A program made the position numbers and the translations under genes. A DNA stretch of 58,174 nt, counting the filler, from Sphacelaria rigidula (taxonomy: Eukaryota), in assembly GCA_964200075.2 (NCBI GenBank). It is 7 parts of 7 records of this genome, joined end to end, with 100 filler letters (N's around TTAATTAATTAA, not from the genome) between each part and the next. Parts side by side here need not be neighbours in the genome. Positions count along the whole stretch, not along the records: positions 1 to 8,226 come from CAXNAA020011855.1; positions 8,327 to 16,552 come from CAXNAA020011856.1; 5 more parts are not named here. One strand, 5' to 3'. Below the pieces are notes generated by a model. It had not been told where the DNA came from, ran no database searches, and saw only the letters and a list, made by a program, of their open reading frames with translations. Positions 1 to 12,290 of the stretch are shown here, in pieces (position 1 is the stretch's first letter; every line of letters begins with the position of its first letter).

Positions 1-371
1 AGACGGAGCACCGTTCCTACTCCTAATAGAGACACCTCCAACATTCTGGCGCTCATTACTTTCCTTCCGTAGCACTGTACTGCAGGGGGGGGGGAAGGGC
101 TAGTTAGTTGATTACTCAAACCCGTCACAAAGGTGATTCCTTGCTCCTTCCCGCTGGGGTACCCTACTCGAAAAACAAATCTTGAGAAACTTCCAAACAC
201 CCATGGTTGATTGTTTGTAAGCTTTTCGGTTGATAAGGAAACAGGGCTCCACCCTCCCCTCAAGAAGAACCCCTCCCAGCCCGCTGGAAACCCTTGGATG
301 TCTCTCAACAATCAGCCGGCGGAATCGTTCCACACCCTGGGTGATGACAATAGATTACATTGTCAAAAAAG

Positions 372-1595
372 TAGGGCTGTGAACTGGACCAGTTTATACG
401 TCGATTAAACTGGAACAACTGGCGACGAGGGCGCCAGTTTTTCCAGTTTATTTTAGGTTTGCCGGTACAGGCTATTCTGATACTAATTTTGGTATAGTGA
501 GTTTGTAACAAAGATGCTTACACCATAATATACAATCTGACTGTACATTTGAGGCCTGCACTTTACAGTTGCAAAGGAATATGGGGTACCAATTGAGACG
601 GAGGGCGCTCCGAACGCGTCGACGGAAATGGCCTGCGTCAATCGCGCGTGAAGCAGCAGTACACACCTTAATGCTTCGTCTCACGTGTTTCAGTCGACAT
701 GTACAGCATAGGTCTGGCGTTCTGTGGTAGTACCACAGCACATGAAGAACGGGTTTGCCCTGGGGCCAGTCCGCTTCGCTGGCTAGTGGGTCTGCAGTTT
801 TCCGTCTTTTTCGGCCCTAGCGTGTAGGCCGACGACTAGTCCGTTGAATGGGGAAAAGAAGAAAAAAAAAGGAGTTGTGACTCATATACGGCGGAACGCT
901 TGATGCAGAGCTGCCGACCACCATACCCCAATTGCCAATTGCCACCTGCATGATGAAGAGCGTTTTGAACATGATGCAGGACATGCTCGCTACACCTCGA
1001 AGTGATATATAGCGGATATATACATATATATATATATATATATATGCCAGGGTTTGTCGTTTCATTGCACAACATACGAAAATAAAAAGCAACAAACGGT
1101 AACCCGCGACCACAAAACACAAGATACACCATGCCATTCGACTACGTGCGTGTTTATCGGCCCAGACGTAAAACATTTTGCGCTCTTATCGCCACGTGCT
1201 GCCAGCCTTGGCTTCCTGTTCCCATTCTCCGTTCCTCATGGAGAGTCTCTGCTGCTGCATGCTACAGATGAATGATTTCGAGTCGCTCACCGCTTTGGAT
1301 GGGATTTGAATGTCGTGAAAGCCTCTCAGCTCGTCAATGTGAGGGGTCACATTTTTTACAACATCCACATTTTTTTAAGGGAAACAAGCCAAACATTTTT
1401 TCTTGCCTCCGGCGGCGCTGCCGCGAGGCCCACTCACCAGCCGGGGAGGGACGTTGGGGTTCGCGGCTTCGCCGCTCGCCACCGATGTTTTCCCAGGTTT
1501 TTGACGAACCCGATTAACTGGGAAAACATTGATGTACTGGCCGCGCTAGCGGCCAGTTGGAACTCAACTGGGCAGAGTTCTAGTTTACAGCCCTA
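372..1595. mobile_element. Non-autonomous hAT-like TIR element (~1.2 kb)
   Basis: Left end TAGGGCTGTGAACTGGA (372-388) is the near reverse complement of TCTAGTTTACAGCCCTA (1579-1595). AACTGG/CCAGTT motifs cluster at both subtermini. No clean 8-bp TSD. Confidence 0.6.
1017..1045. repeat. (TA)n microsatellite
   Basis: Directly visible TA run with one interruption. Confidence 0.9.
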
Positions 1596-2672
1596 CTGTA
1601 CAAAAGCGTGTACTGCGTAGTTTGGAATTTACTGTATGTTGCAATAGACGCAACAGTCGATATCGTACGCAGTACACTTCTTGACAAAATAATCTATTGT
1701 GCAGGGTGTGAATTGTTCCGATGCGAGGCTTGCAGTCCAAGGGATTACATGCAGCCATCGCTACAGCTCAATCATGAAAGTTAAAAAGAGTTTCGAGTAC
1801 GAGCTGGGCCAGTCTAGAAGCGAATATAAGCTCTCAAAGCAATATCTCATCGACAAGGACGAGTTGGGCCGTGATCCGCATGTCGTATTTATCGTCTCAT
1901 CATGGGGAAGGTGCCCATCCGCTCAAAAGCCTGGGCCAATATTTTCTCGTTGATTACACCCCATGCCTAGTAATTCCTATACCCAACCGAGATAGCGTCC
2001 ATACAAAAATCTTCATGAAACCCCGAACGATACATTGAGCGGATGACGGCGATTATCGACGTGGACATTCCTTGGGGCACGGGGAGACGATAGACATCCC
2101 CACCTTCACCTAATTCGTAACCTATCTCAAGATATGGCGCACATAAGGTTCGATACTAAAATCAATATACTACGAGCAGAGGCACCAGATGCCCTCAATC
2201 TGGATATCGCGTCCAGTTTTTGAGAGTTGTGCTTTGAAATTTGGTATGGAAAATAAAAATAAACATATTTAGAAAAAAAACGTGTTTTTAGAGGAGTTTT
2301 GAAGAGAAATGAACATTGTTCTTAGGCCTTATCTCACTTTTTAGCCCACTTTTTTAGCTCACTTTTTAGAATTGTGATTTGAAACTTACTGCAGCATGGA
2401 GAACCACAGAGGTGTGCTGAATAAAAAAATGGGCCTTCATTTTTTGGGGAGGGGGAGAGGTTCGGGCGTTTTCGTAAAAAAATGGTCGTTACCATACTTA
2501 AGCGCCCTAAACCAGTGAAAATATATATATGAATATCAACCTGACCCACTTTTCGTGACTCGTTATTCTCTAGCGAGGTCCCCCCAAAATTCAATACACA
2601 AAACACCAAACGTGGGCCGGTAAGTGGCCTACAGAATACTGTTCCGAAATTCTACCAACCCGGTTACAAAAC

Positions 2673-2950
2673 GGTCCATTCGCCGGCCAATATTCAGAAT
2701 TGGACCCTAAAAATTGGTACAGTATGGACAATGAATAGTGCACAATGAAAAAAACATATCCGTGCACACAGAGTTTATTTTTTCATGAGTGAAGGCAATT
2801 AATCCATTTTGAGGTATAGTAAAATGCCCTTGAATCATGAAAGAGAGAAAAAAAACTTGGTGTGCACGCGTAACCTTTTTTATTTTCCCCTATTCATTGT
2901 CCATACCAATTTTTAGGGTCCAGCTCTTAATATTGGCCGGCGAATGAACC
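2673..2950. mobile_element. Foldback/MITE-like inverted repeat (~280 bp)
   Basis: Arm 2673-2738 (ggtccattcgccggccaatatt...tatggacaatgaatag) pairs with 2890-2950 (ctattcattgtccata...aatattggccggcgaatgaacc). Inner gtgcacac...tcatga segments are also inverted. Confidence 0.75.
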
Positions 2951-4639
2951 TGCAAACTATAAATTCGCTCCTGGGCTGGCCCAGCTCGTGGGGAAATGCG
3001 GTGTACTCGGGGACTAATGTTCGACCTCTGACTGACGATAAGTAACATAACATATTTTGAGTACTCGTAGGGGCTGCCAGTAAGGAACTCCAATCCGAAT
3101 AAGCGGAATTTCAGACTCGCAATTGCTTTTGGATCTTGACAGCAGCCACTACTTGCTATTAAAATATTTTTCATTACATATCATGAGGGACCTGGAGAGC
3201 GCACTAACCCTCCCAGCCTGAACCCATGTGACAACAGTATTTCAGTTTTGCTTGCAACGTGATGAAAAAAAGACCATGACGATTGACTTGAATAATGACT
3301 ATACTTGTTAATAACTGTGGTTATCGGCATTATTGTAGTGATTTAGTTCACCGTGTCGTGTGTCCGTGTGCGCCCCTTCTCGCTTTCGGTGTTGTTGGAC
3401 AGCTTCACATGCACAAGAGACAGCTCCGAATATCAAGAGGCATGGCACCTACAGGAACGGCGCATATTTTGATTGAACCGCTGCGCAGAGGGCGTATGCC
3501 AGAGACATTCCAAAAATACCCCCCTAACTTTTGTGCAGCTGGCTTGAAACAAATCTAACTTCGAGCTATTTTACGAGTACATACAGGTACTACAAGAACA
3601 CTATTTTTATCCCCCCTGATTGTCCACGTTCAGCACACAGGTGCATTAGTACAGTCAGTTAGTTCATGACAGTACAGTGAGATCTGATGGTTCAATACAG
3701 TGGTGCAATATAATGATACAAAACGCTACATACAGTAGTAGTATTACAGCAAAGATGGTAACAATAACGTACGATTACTGCTGTGGATGTAAGCGTACCG
3801 ACACATCACTGTTGTGTGCGTTCATCATAATTGTACAGTAGTGGAAAGCTGGACGCGAACAACGGGCAAACAGTACAACAGTAGCAGTAGGCGATACCAC
3901 CCGTTCTGAGGAAGGTTTGTTCGACAATAACGCAAGCATGAGCGTCGCAAAGAGCATACAGCTAGCGTACAGCTAGAGGTGGCTGAAGACGAATATAGAA
4001 CTGCATACCTTCTGCAGGCACAAGAATAGGATCGTATCGTACAGTACTACAATACAAAACGTACATGACAATCGCCAGAGGGGTCAATCGAGTGGGATGT
4101 GCCACAGTATTGTTGTGGTATCTAAAATTGGGCAAGGTGGGAGACATGGGGTGATTCAGATAATGCGACTTGCTGTACAAATAACAGGTGTGTTTAAAGC
4201 GGGTCTGTTTCCATTGACAGTTTTTAGTTGATACCACCTTCCCCGGCGAAACCGTCGTGTACGCAGTTGTACAGCTGTGCACGCAGTCGTACAGCTGTGT
4301 ACGTAGATCTACAAGGATGCCGCGAAGTGGTCTCGTGGTATTTCGCAAGTACCACGGTGTGCACAAGGCGTAGATACAGGTGAAGTATGCAGCAGTAGAG
4401 TAGACAACGGCATATTTCGCACGAGGTACTATGCAGCTCGAAGATTCCTCATTTGCGTGATCGGCGAAGCAGTATACGCTCGACATGTGTGTACCAAAGT
4501 AGGTTGCTGCTGGCACATCAGTGATCCAATGAAATCTACCCGCATATGACAGCCACGAGGTGGCGGTACTACTTCGTACCAGGTACTACTTCACACCACA
4601 GTAGGTACTCAAATCAAACGTAGTAGGCCGTGCGGAGTT

Positions 4640-4690
4640 GGGGGGATGGGGGATGGGGGATGGGGGATGGGGGGGGGGGGGGGGGGGTGG
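4640..4690 (+). repeat. (GGGGGAT)n and poly-G tract
   Basis: Directly visible; lies near a 10-N gap at 4761-4770. Confidence 0.85.
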
Positions 4691-6099
4691 GATAAAATGA
4701 ATTGGGGGGAGTTGTTGTGGATTCCCTTTTAAGTTAGTGTTAAAGGCGAAGAAAAAAGGGNNNNNNNNNNGAGTGGTTGAGTTGGGGAGGGGAAGGGTGG
4801 TGGGTTGTAGATTTGTGGGGTGGTAGGATTGCGGAGTGTGGTGGGGGGAGGAGGTAAACGAAGAGGTGTGATGTGTGATGTCGTTACCTTTACTCCTAAT
4901 GTATAGCTTAGAGAATAGGTGGAATAAGACAAACTACGAATAAATATCGACGCGCAAAATATACAGTCAGTACATCACAGGACATTGCACTGCCTACTAT
5001 TGTACAGGAGTAGAACAGTGTAGGAACCTCAAGCCCGCCAACCCATCCAACACGATACCCGACAAATACCGTCAATAGAGAGGACACAAAATCCATAGAT
5101 CGATTGTGTCGACGCTTCCCGTGGCTAGCGGCCCGCGGGCGCATGGCGGCCATCGCAACACCCGACAACCATACAGAAACATTCACCGAACAAATGCACC
5201 CGAAACGAAAAAAACTCTGAAATAATTTGACCGCGTTAAAAGTACAGCTGCCCACCAATGTCAGATCGGGGGTTTGGTGGGTGCACTCTGGACAACCAGA
5301 GATCGGTTCGATTGGTTGTCTCACCCGTAGCGGTAGCTTCTAACACGTCTATGGTGTTGTTGATGCCTGGAGTTGATGCCGTGTGTTGGGTGGTAGGGAG
5401 GGTTGTCGTAGTGTACTGCACAGCAGCTGTAACATCCATTTGTATCGTTTCTTTTTCGATGCCCTCCCCCCCTATACCCCCAGATTCACCCCCCCCTACC
5501 CCCCCCCAACTCCCACCCACCCCCCCCCAAGTTTTCGGTTCGACGCACCATAGAACCTGTCAATACTTGTGAACAGCGAATACTTATCCCACTATCAATT
5601 GTTGAACGTTGTGGCACCATTACAAGCACCTCTTCTGAGTTTGCCGGAGGTGATCGGCCAGATGCTTCATTGCTTTTGTTGAGGTTCTTGAGCCGAAGGT
5701 TTGTCGATCGTGTTGGGCGTGCAAGGGGAGCGAGGGGGGGGGCGGGCTTATCCTGAACGGGGGTACGGATCTTAGATGAGTACAAAGAGATGGCGATTGC
5801 TGTGATACTCGCATTTCTCAGTGTGAGTATTAACCCTTGGACCGCGAGGAGGGTAGTCCGTCTGGGTCATGTATGCTTTTTTTCAAGCGAGATTGATGCC
5901 GCGATCCAACAGACGACCCACCTCTCGCCACCTAAGGGTTAATTTTACCCCTTGACGAGTTTGTAGCGATTCAAAATCTCACCAAAATTCGACTACACGC
6001 GGTCGACGAGGGAAAGGGATCACTGAACCCCTCTCGCGATAAAAAAAATAAGGCAAGCACCGCAGAAGGTGGGAAACATACCAGGTATTCACAACAAAG

Positions 6100-6524
6100 A
6101 ACAGACAATTCTATAAAATGAGGTTGTTGGATGAAACGAGGTTCAAGCCCGACACAGTGTTTTCCCCAAACTTACAGCGATGGTGCCCGATGACTTTTGT
6201 GTCGGCCTAATGCCCCTCAATCGCGTAGATACTTTTTCAACGCATTACAGTATAACGACTCTGCGAGCTTACATACAGCGCTGACCGAAACCGTCATTTC
6301 CCCTGATTTTTTAGGAGGGGGTGATATCAAGGGAAACGAGGGTTTCGGTTGGCGCTGTAAGCTCACAGAGTCGGTACAATGCACTGAAAAAGTATCTACG
6401 CGATCGAGGGGCATTAAGCCGAGAACAAAGTCATTGGGCACCATCGCTGAAAGTGTGATGAAATCACTCTTGTGGACTTGAACCTCATTTCATCGTACAA
6501 CCTCATTTGATATAATTGTCTGTT
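6100..6524. repeat. Long imperfect palindrome (425 bp, ~205-bp arms); MITE or hairpin-RNA locus
   Basis: aacagacaatt...aaatgaggttg...cagcgatggtgccc...atcgcgtagatactttttca...ttccctgat is mirrored by atcaagggaa...tgaaaaagtatctacgcgat...gggcaccatcgctg...caacctcattt...aattgtctgtt. Confidence 0.85.
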
Positions 6525-7305
6525 AACTGTGGCTCTTACCCTTAGCGAACAGCCGAACAATCACTTAAACCTTCGACCGCCCAGTGGCTTTGGGGAAAGG
6601 CCACAGTATATGGGAGGGCAGTGAGCGCTGCGCTCCTGTTCGTCTTCCGCCAAGCCCAGGTGTGCCCATCTATCCGTTGACGTCGAACAGGCATCATATT
6701 TCCACCCGAAAAATGAACGTGCAGGCGACCAGGTCTTGGTCAGACTGGCGCTCGAAGCAGGGTGGAGCGCAATGGTGTCTACATATACATCTTCGAGAAA
6801 CAGTGTACTCATAAGTGAAAGTATATTTTCGTATTGCAGTTTTCGTGCACGGAGATTTTCCATCTTGGGTCAGAGTGGCCCAGAAGAGTTGAAACAGCAA
6901 CTACCGCGAATAAACGGTGATGATGAGAATGTATGTATAACGGGGGGGGGGGGACAGGAGCGGAGACGCCCAACACCCGTCTGATTTGCTTGGTATACAC
7001 TAGGTATACTCTGGCGCGTTTGAGCGTATACTCGTGGTCGACTCAATGGATTCTTCATGGGAACCCGGCAAGGCAAGGACAGAAGGGTCCGCGGCTCCTT
7101 GGAAGACAATGTCGAGCTTCCACCTCGTTGTCTGTATGTCGGGGCTGCTGGTTGTGTTAGGAACCGACCGAGTATAGGGAGCAAGGTAAAAGGCCTTGCC
7201 ACGACCTGACGAATATCTGACCCTCGAATCAGTACAGCAGACAACACATGCGGTGGAGCATGGCGTACCCAGTTGTAGGAGACAGTCGACGACAAACACG
7301 CTTTG

Positions 7306-7336
7306 TATATATATATATATGTATATATGTATATAT
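7306..7336. repeat. (TA)n-type microsatellite
   Basis: Directly visible. Confidence 0.85.
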
Positions 7337-8189
7337 GTCCTCCATACAAGTACGATATGGAGATGGAGAAACAACAACAGGCAGCCCAGGAGGGGTGCGC
7401 GTTAATCGTCCAAGAACGTAGCCTCTCCTCCCCCCCGGGGGAGTTTCGGGGAGCAAAAGGAGGTTTTTGAACACTTGTTTCAACGTACGTTAACAGGCCT
7501 GCGCTGGCGGCCGAGCACCCCCGGTTGAACTATTCGACGGGATCAACAAAAGGTGGTCAAGGAGGGCGCCGGTGTGTTTTTCCTGCTCTCGGCATAGTAG
7601 GAGTAGGGCAACGATGAGGATTGCCACGCATGAAGGAGGGCAAGGGTGTCCACAATTTTTCTATCAAGACATCAAGGCCCCGAAATTTGAAATTTGTTTG
7701 TTTCGGGGGGGAGGGGGGGGGGGGGGGATATCCGGCGACTGTCGTTCCCCGCCTGCGCATCGCAAGTATTTCTCCAGCAAGTGGCGGAATATCACCCCCT
7801 CCCCCTCCCGCCCGGAAGGCTTTAGCTCATGAGGATGGAGGTGTCCAAGCGTCGTAGTTCATCGCTGGAAGCTGTACCGTTGGTGGTCGGAGCCGCTGAT
7901 GATCAAATAACGTCGTCGGCAACAGCAACAGAAAGACCACTGGTCGCCATATGCTAGAGACGAACAGTCTACCGATTGTCATACCTTCCAACATGATCTC
8001 CCCACCCCCCTTCAGGCCTACTGCCCGACCTGGAAATTTTCTGGAAACACGCACGGTTGCAAGGGTTACTCAATTGCGGGGTATTTTAAAAGTCGTACTT
8101 GAGGTACACAAATTGAGGGTAGGGTTTTAGAGATCGATTTCCAGTCATTTTTTGGGTACGACTAACACTGTGTGTATGTTGTCCTCTTA

Positions 8190-8226
8190 TCTATTCTGGG
8201 CGCCGGTCTACACCTTTCGGTATATG
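8190..8226 (+). repeat. Interspersed repeat (truncated by block end), second copy near 39685-39745
   Basis: attctgggcgccggtctacacctttcggt is identical in blocks 1 and 5. Confidence 0.8.
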
Positions 8227-8326
8227 NNNNNNNNNNNNNNNNNNNNNNNNNNNNNNNNNNNNNNNNNNNNTTAATTAATTAANNNNNNNNNNNNNNNNNN
8301 NNNNNNNNNNNNNNNNNNNNNNNNNN
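8227..8326. other. Artificial 100-bp spacer (N44-TTAATTAATTAA-N44)
   Basis: The same spacer recurs at 16553-16652, 24878-24977, 33203-33302, 41527-41626 and 49851-49950, giving near-equal blocks. Confidence 0.97.
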
Positions 8327-9129
8327 AGCGCGGTCGGGAGCAGGGGCAGGAGTACTAAATCTCAAACAAGCCGCAGCTTTAAAGCTGCGTTTATTTTTAA
8401 AAACAGTTAATGAAAGAAACAATATTTAGCTTTGTTCCAAGTCGCTGTTGGCTTCTCAGTATTTCAGGTACCGATCTTCGAAGCATGACGTCGATAACAA
8501 TGAGTCAATGTGCCTTTATCGTTCAACACATATCTCTGGCACAACTTCGGAGCCAAGTAAGGCCAAGTAAAGTTTATAGGCTTCGGCAATACGCTGCACA
8601 TGACACTTCCACGACAAGAACAAGACCAGACGAATACCACGATGCTCTGCAATGCTTGCTAAATCAAGCTAAACGCATCTATCTGCATCGCCAATTTGCG
8701 TCCACTGTACGTCGCATCTTATGGCGGTAGAGAAGGCCAACAATCAAAGGCGCTACCTCACCCAAGTCGCCCCAAAAGTGCTATTTATTGAGTCGTTCTC
8801 AATGTGAAGGAAAAAAACCCTACGACCGCCGAAGGGGGGGTTGAAGGGTGGGGGGTGGGATTTGGGGGGCGCGGGGGGGGGGCATAGGGTCTGAGATTGT
8901 TTTTGGACACCCTTGGGAGAACTGGTATGTACTCTATTTGGTGGTCCTCTCTCGGTTGTTTCGCAATTTTCATCTATGGCGACTTCGTGGCACAGAAACG
9001 GCGTGCATTTTTTTCCCTCTCGCTGAGGGGAGCATGAAGCATGATTGAAGCGAAGCGACATACTACAAAATGAAAAGAAGACCAGGCACCCTGCTCTCAT
9101 TACAAGTACTCCCGTCTTGCTACGCTTAC

Positions 9130-9263
9130 CGCGAGGTTGGAGCCGTAGAGACTCCATTCTTCCACCCAGAACACCCTGACGCCCAAAAAGCTCTCCCGAT
9201 CCCTCGTCGCCCCATTTGTCCACGTTGAGGTGAACACATGGTAGGCACGCCTTGTCCGCGAGG
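9130..9263 (-). pseudogene. hAT transposase exon, 3' part (first catalytic Asp region), frameshifted
   Basis: Reads LADKACLPCVHLNVDKWGDEGSGE/SFLGVRVFWVEEWSLYGSNLA then a GTAAGC donor. Matches the hAT pattern DxW(T/S)...SFLGVxxHW. Confidence 0.7.
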
Positions 9264-9268
9264 TTTTG

Positions 9269-9725
9269 TGTTGGTAAACTCGTGACTTCTGGAGAAAATA
9301 TGTTGTATTATTGAGACCTAGGTCTGGAGAGACAGGTCGGGAGAGTGGAGTGAGCACGGTGGGCGAGCTCGTGTCATCTACATCCCAGAAACTCTAGAAA
9401 CCGAAGAATCACAGACAGGTTCCGGGAACATTCCGGAACCTCAGCAGCGTTCTACATGGTTCCAGGAACGGAACTCGGACCGACGCACTTCTTTACGTAC
9501 CACAAAACCTCGGGTTGTTCCCCGCACCACAGATACCATGCTCGGACTAATGCAGTATCCACAAAGAGTACTCGTACATGAGCTACAGAAAGGACTGCGA
9601 ACGTTCCTCGCAATTCTCAAACATGTGGCAGCTCAGAAACCTACAGATCGACAGTTCCGTTATCCAAATCGTCCAATCAGATATTCTACGCAAATCAGTC
9701 GATCCTACGGCCGCTATCACGAACT
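9269..9725 (-). repeat. 3' LTR of Copia element
   Basis: 457 bp; six substitutions seen against 14806-15262. Confidence 0.95.
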
Positions 9726-9803
9726 CCCTCCCTCGGGGCTGTTGTATCTACCAGACCAAATACACATGTTACGAAACTAAATCACGACTCAGACTTCTAC
9801 TTC

Positions 9804-10230
9804 TCATCTCGAACCAAGGGCAAAGTCACGGCGAATTTCAAAAAGATCTCTTGGCAGAGCCTTCTTGAGGATGTCCGCACGCTTTTCTTCGCTGGGAACA
9901 TGCGTAATCTCGATCACACCCTCCTCGGTCAAATTCCTGAGAAAGTGGTGCCCCATGCCCATGTGCTTATTCCTGCACGAGCTAAGCGGATTCTCTGCAA
10001 GCGCAATCGCACCTTCGTTGTCCTCAAGTACCTCAATCTTACGAGGCTTCACGCTAGGCCTCAAGAACTGAAGTATTCCGTTCACAGAGCCTCCTTCACA
10101 CCATCACCTGTCGCAAGATACTCTGCTTCAGAAGTCGACTGTGAAACGCATTTCTGCGTCCTCGAAATCCAAACAAGCATGGCAGCCACAAAAACCAACG
10201 CTCTCGAAACTGATCTACGGTCGGTGGCCT
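9804..10230 (-). pseudogene. Copia RNase H (frameshifted)
   Basis: EDNEGAI...ENPLSSCRNKHM...HHFLR...VPSEEKRADILKKAL, the Copia RNase H C-terminus. Confidence 0.88.
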
Positions 10231-11360
10231 TGCTTTGCAAAGTCGACATCAACGTACACCAACGTGCCCACGTCTACCGTACTGTCCTGTTTAAACTTCA
10301 GATTTAGATGCACTGTTTCCAAAAAAAGATATTTCAGAATCTTTTGGGCAGTCTTCCAGTGGCTCTTCTTTGGCTCGTGAGAGTGCCTCGCTACCGCCCG
10401 CACAGCATTCGAGATGTCGGGCCTTGTCTGATTGGCGATCCACATCAGGCTTCCCTCCATCTCTCGGAACGGCACATCTCCTGCCCCCTCATCCTCCATC
10501 AAGGACCTGTTATGGTTGGCAAGTGAAGCAGGGATCGAGCTGGTGCGACAAATATTGAATCTCTCGAGAACACTCCTGAAGTAACTCTCATGAGAAATCT
10601 CAACCGTGCCAGCTTCGCGGTCGCAAATAAATGCGCAACCCAGAAAGAACTTGACCTCATCCAAATTCTTTGTAGGAAGAGAGTCACCTAACGCTTTCAC
10701 TACCACCTTGGCAAGACTCTCAGTTCCTGCATACAGAATGGCATTCACGTGAATCGCGAGCATACCCACCAACTCGTCTCCCATCATGAAACGCAGGGCA
10801 CAGGGGTCAGACAGAGACTGCTCGAAACCAATCCTTTTCAGATCCGACACTAGCCTATTGTAAAATGTTCTAGATGCCTGCTTCAATCCGTACAGACTCT
10901 TGTTCAAACGGACAACCTTTCCTGACATCGACCCGCAGCCAGGAGGCAGCTTCATGAACACCTCATGATCCAATTCCGACTGAACAAACGCTTGCTCAAA
11001 CTCCCAGTGGAGTAATTCCAAGTTGATCTTGCACGTCCACGCTACTAACAATCGCATCGATGCAGCATTTGCAGTAGCCGAGAAAGTCTCAAGATAGTCC
11101 ATACCATATTTCTGCTTGAAGCCCTTCGCTACAAGCCTAGCCTTGGCCTTCACTATCTTCCCTGTTTCGTCTGCTTTCCATTTGAAAACCCATCTAGCAT
11201 CAATCACATTACAGTCTACTGGGGTCTTTGCTGCTAACTTGAACGTTCCTGCTCTTATCAAGCCTTCAACTTCTGCAGACATGGCTCCATCCCAAATCGT
11301 TGTGTACTTCGATTGCCGGGCTTCTTGATAGCTACCAGGCTCTGACTCAACATCCTGCAC
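10215..11360 (-). pseudogene. Copia reverse transcriptase (RVT_2)
   Basis: RWVFKWK...KAKARLVAKGFKQKYG...LNKSLYGLKQASR...QTRPDISNAVR. The catalytic YVDD-type motif is degraded to HVNA. Confidence 0.92.
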
Positions 11361-12290
11361 GAGGTTTTCGGCAATTCCATGACGTCACCTGCTCTTTGTT
11401 CCGCTAAGGGTGCATACATCACCCCTGACGCGGAGATGGGTCCTAGGGTGGCCACAAGGCCACACACGCTCTGCTGATCAACTGCACGAGTTTGCGCACG
11501 AGTTCTACCTTCTCTTACTTCATTCTCACGCGCAGCAGTAATAAAATCAGCAAGCTTAGCGACATGCAGCGGGCGACGAGCGGCTGGAGAAGGTGCCTCC
11601 GCCTCCACATCCTGCCCTCCCGGCCCAATCGACTCTACCTCATCATCCCCTCCTGGATCCGCCGTCTTTACTTCCCTTGTCTCCTGCCCTCCCTGCCCCT
11701 CATCACGATTCACACGAATGCGAATGTGTTGAATTCCCCTCCCTGCAAGCGGCCACACTCCAGCTTCCACATCGTCGTCACTTCCCTCCCCTCCCTCTTC
11801 CGCGATCTCAATCGGCAGAGGAGGTTGCGGTGTAGGGAGCTGTGACGGCAACGCCTCCCACGTCACATCCCTCGTTTCCTGAATAGTCCCAGCCCTCGTG
11901 AGTATTCTACGACAATTACGCGGGTGGTCTCTCGAAGAACCGACATAAAAGTAACTCTCACCCTTCGGTAGCAGCTTAGACGATCGCTGCCACCTGCAGT
12001 ACGCCGCCTTCAAAAACGGATACGGTCTAGCAGGACGAGGTTCTCCATACCACGTCTTATACTGTGACTTGGAGTCAGGGTTAGCAGAGCACGCTGTGTG
12101 ATTAAGTGCTTCGCAAGCCCAGTGCATTGCCTCAGCTCAGAGTCTGTCAGTCTTAGATAACTGCACATACCCAAACAGAACTTTCGCCTGAATACGAGCC
12201 GCCATAGCGGCCTCCTCAACCAATCCCAATCCACGCTCTGCAACACCGCTGTATTGGGGGCTGTAAGCCGGAGTGAACTCTTGTTTGATC
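11258..12290 (-). pseudogene. Copia integrase C-terminal part and linker (frameshifted)
   Basis: WACEALNHTA...NPDSKSQYKTWYG...YVG...TRDVTW. Frame breaks include one at the poly-C run near 12315. Confidence 0.8.

Noticed and set aside
3962-4516. 184-aa ORF
   Set aside because: Lies in GTAC/CAGTA-rich low-complexity DNA; no recognisable domain or splice structure.
8271-8282. TTAATTAATTAA as a biological motif
   Set aside because: Flanked by fixed-length N runs at regular intervals; it is a synthetic six-frame stop linker.
9538-9868. Duplicated small genes (also 15075-15645)
   Set aside because: The duplication is simply the two LTRs.
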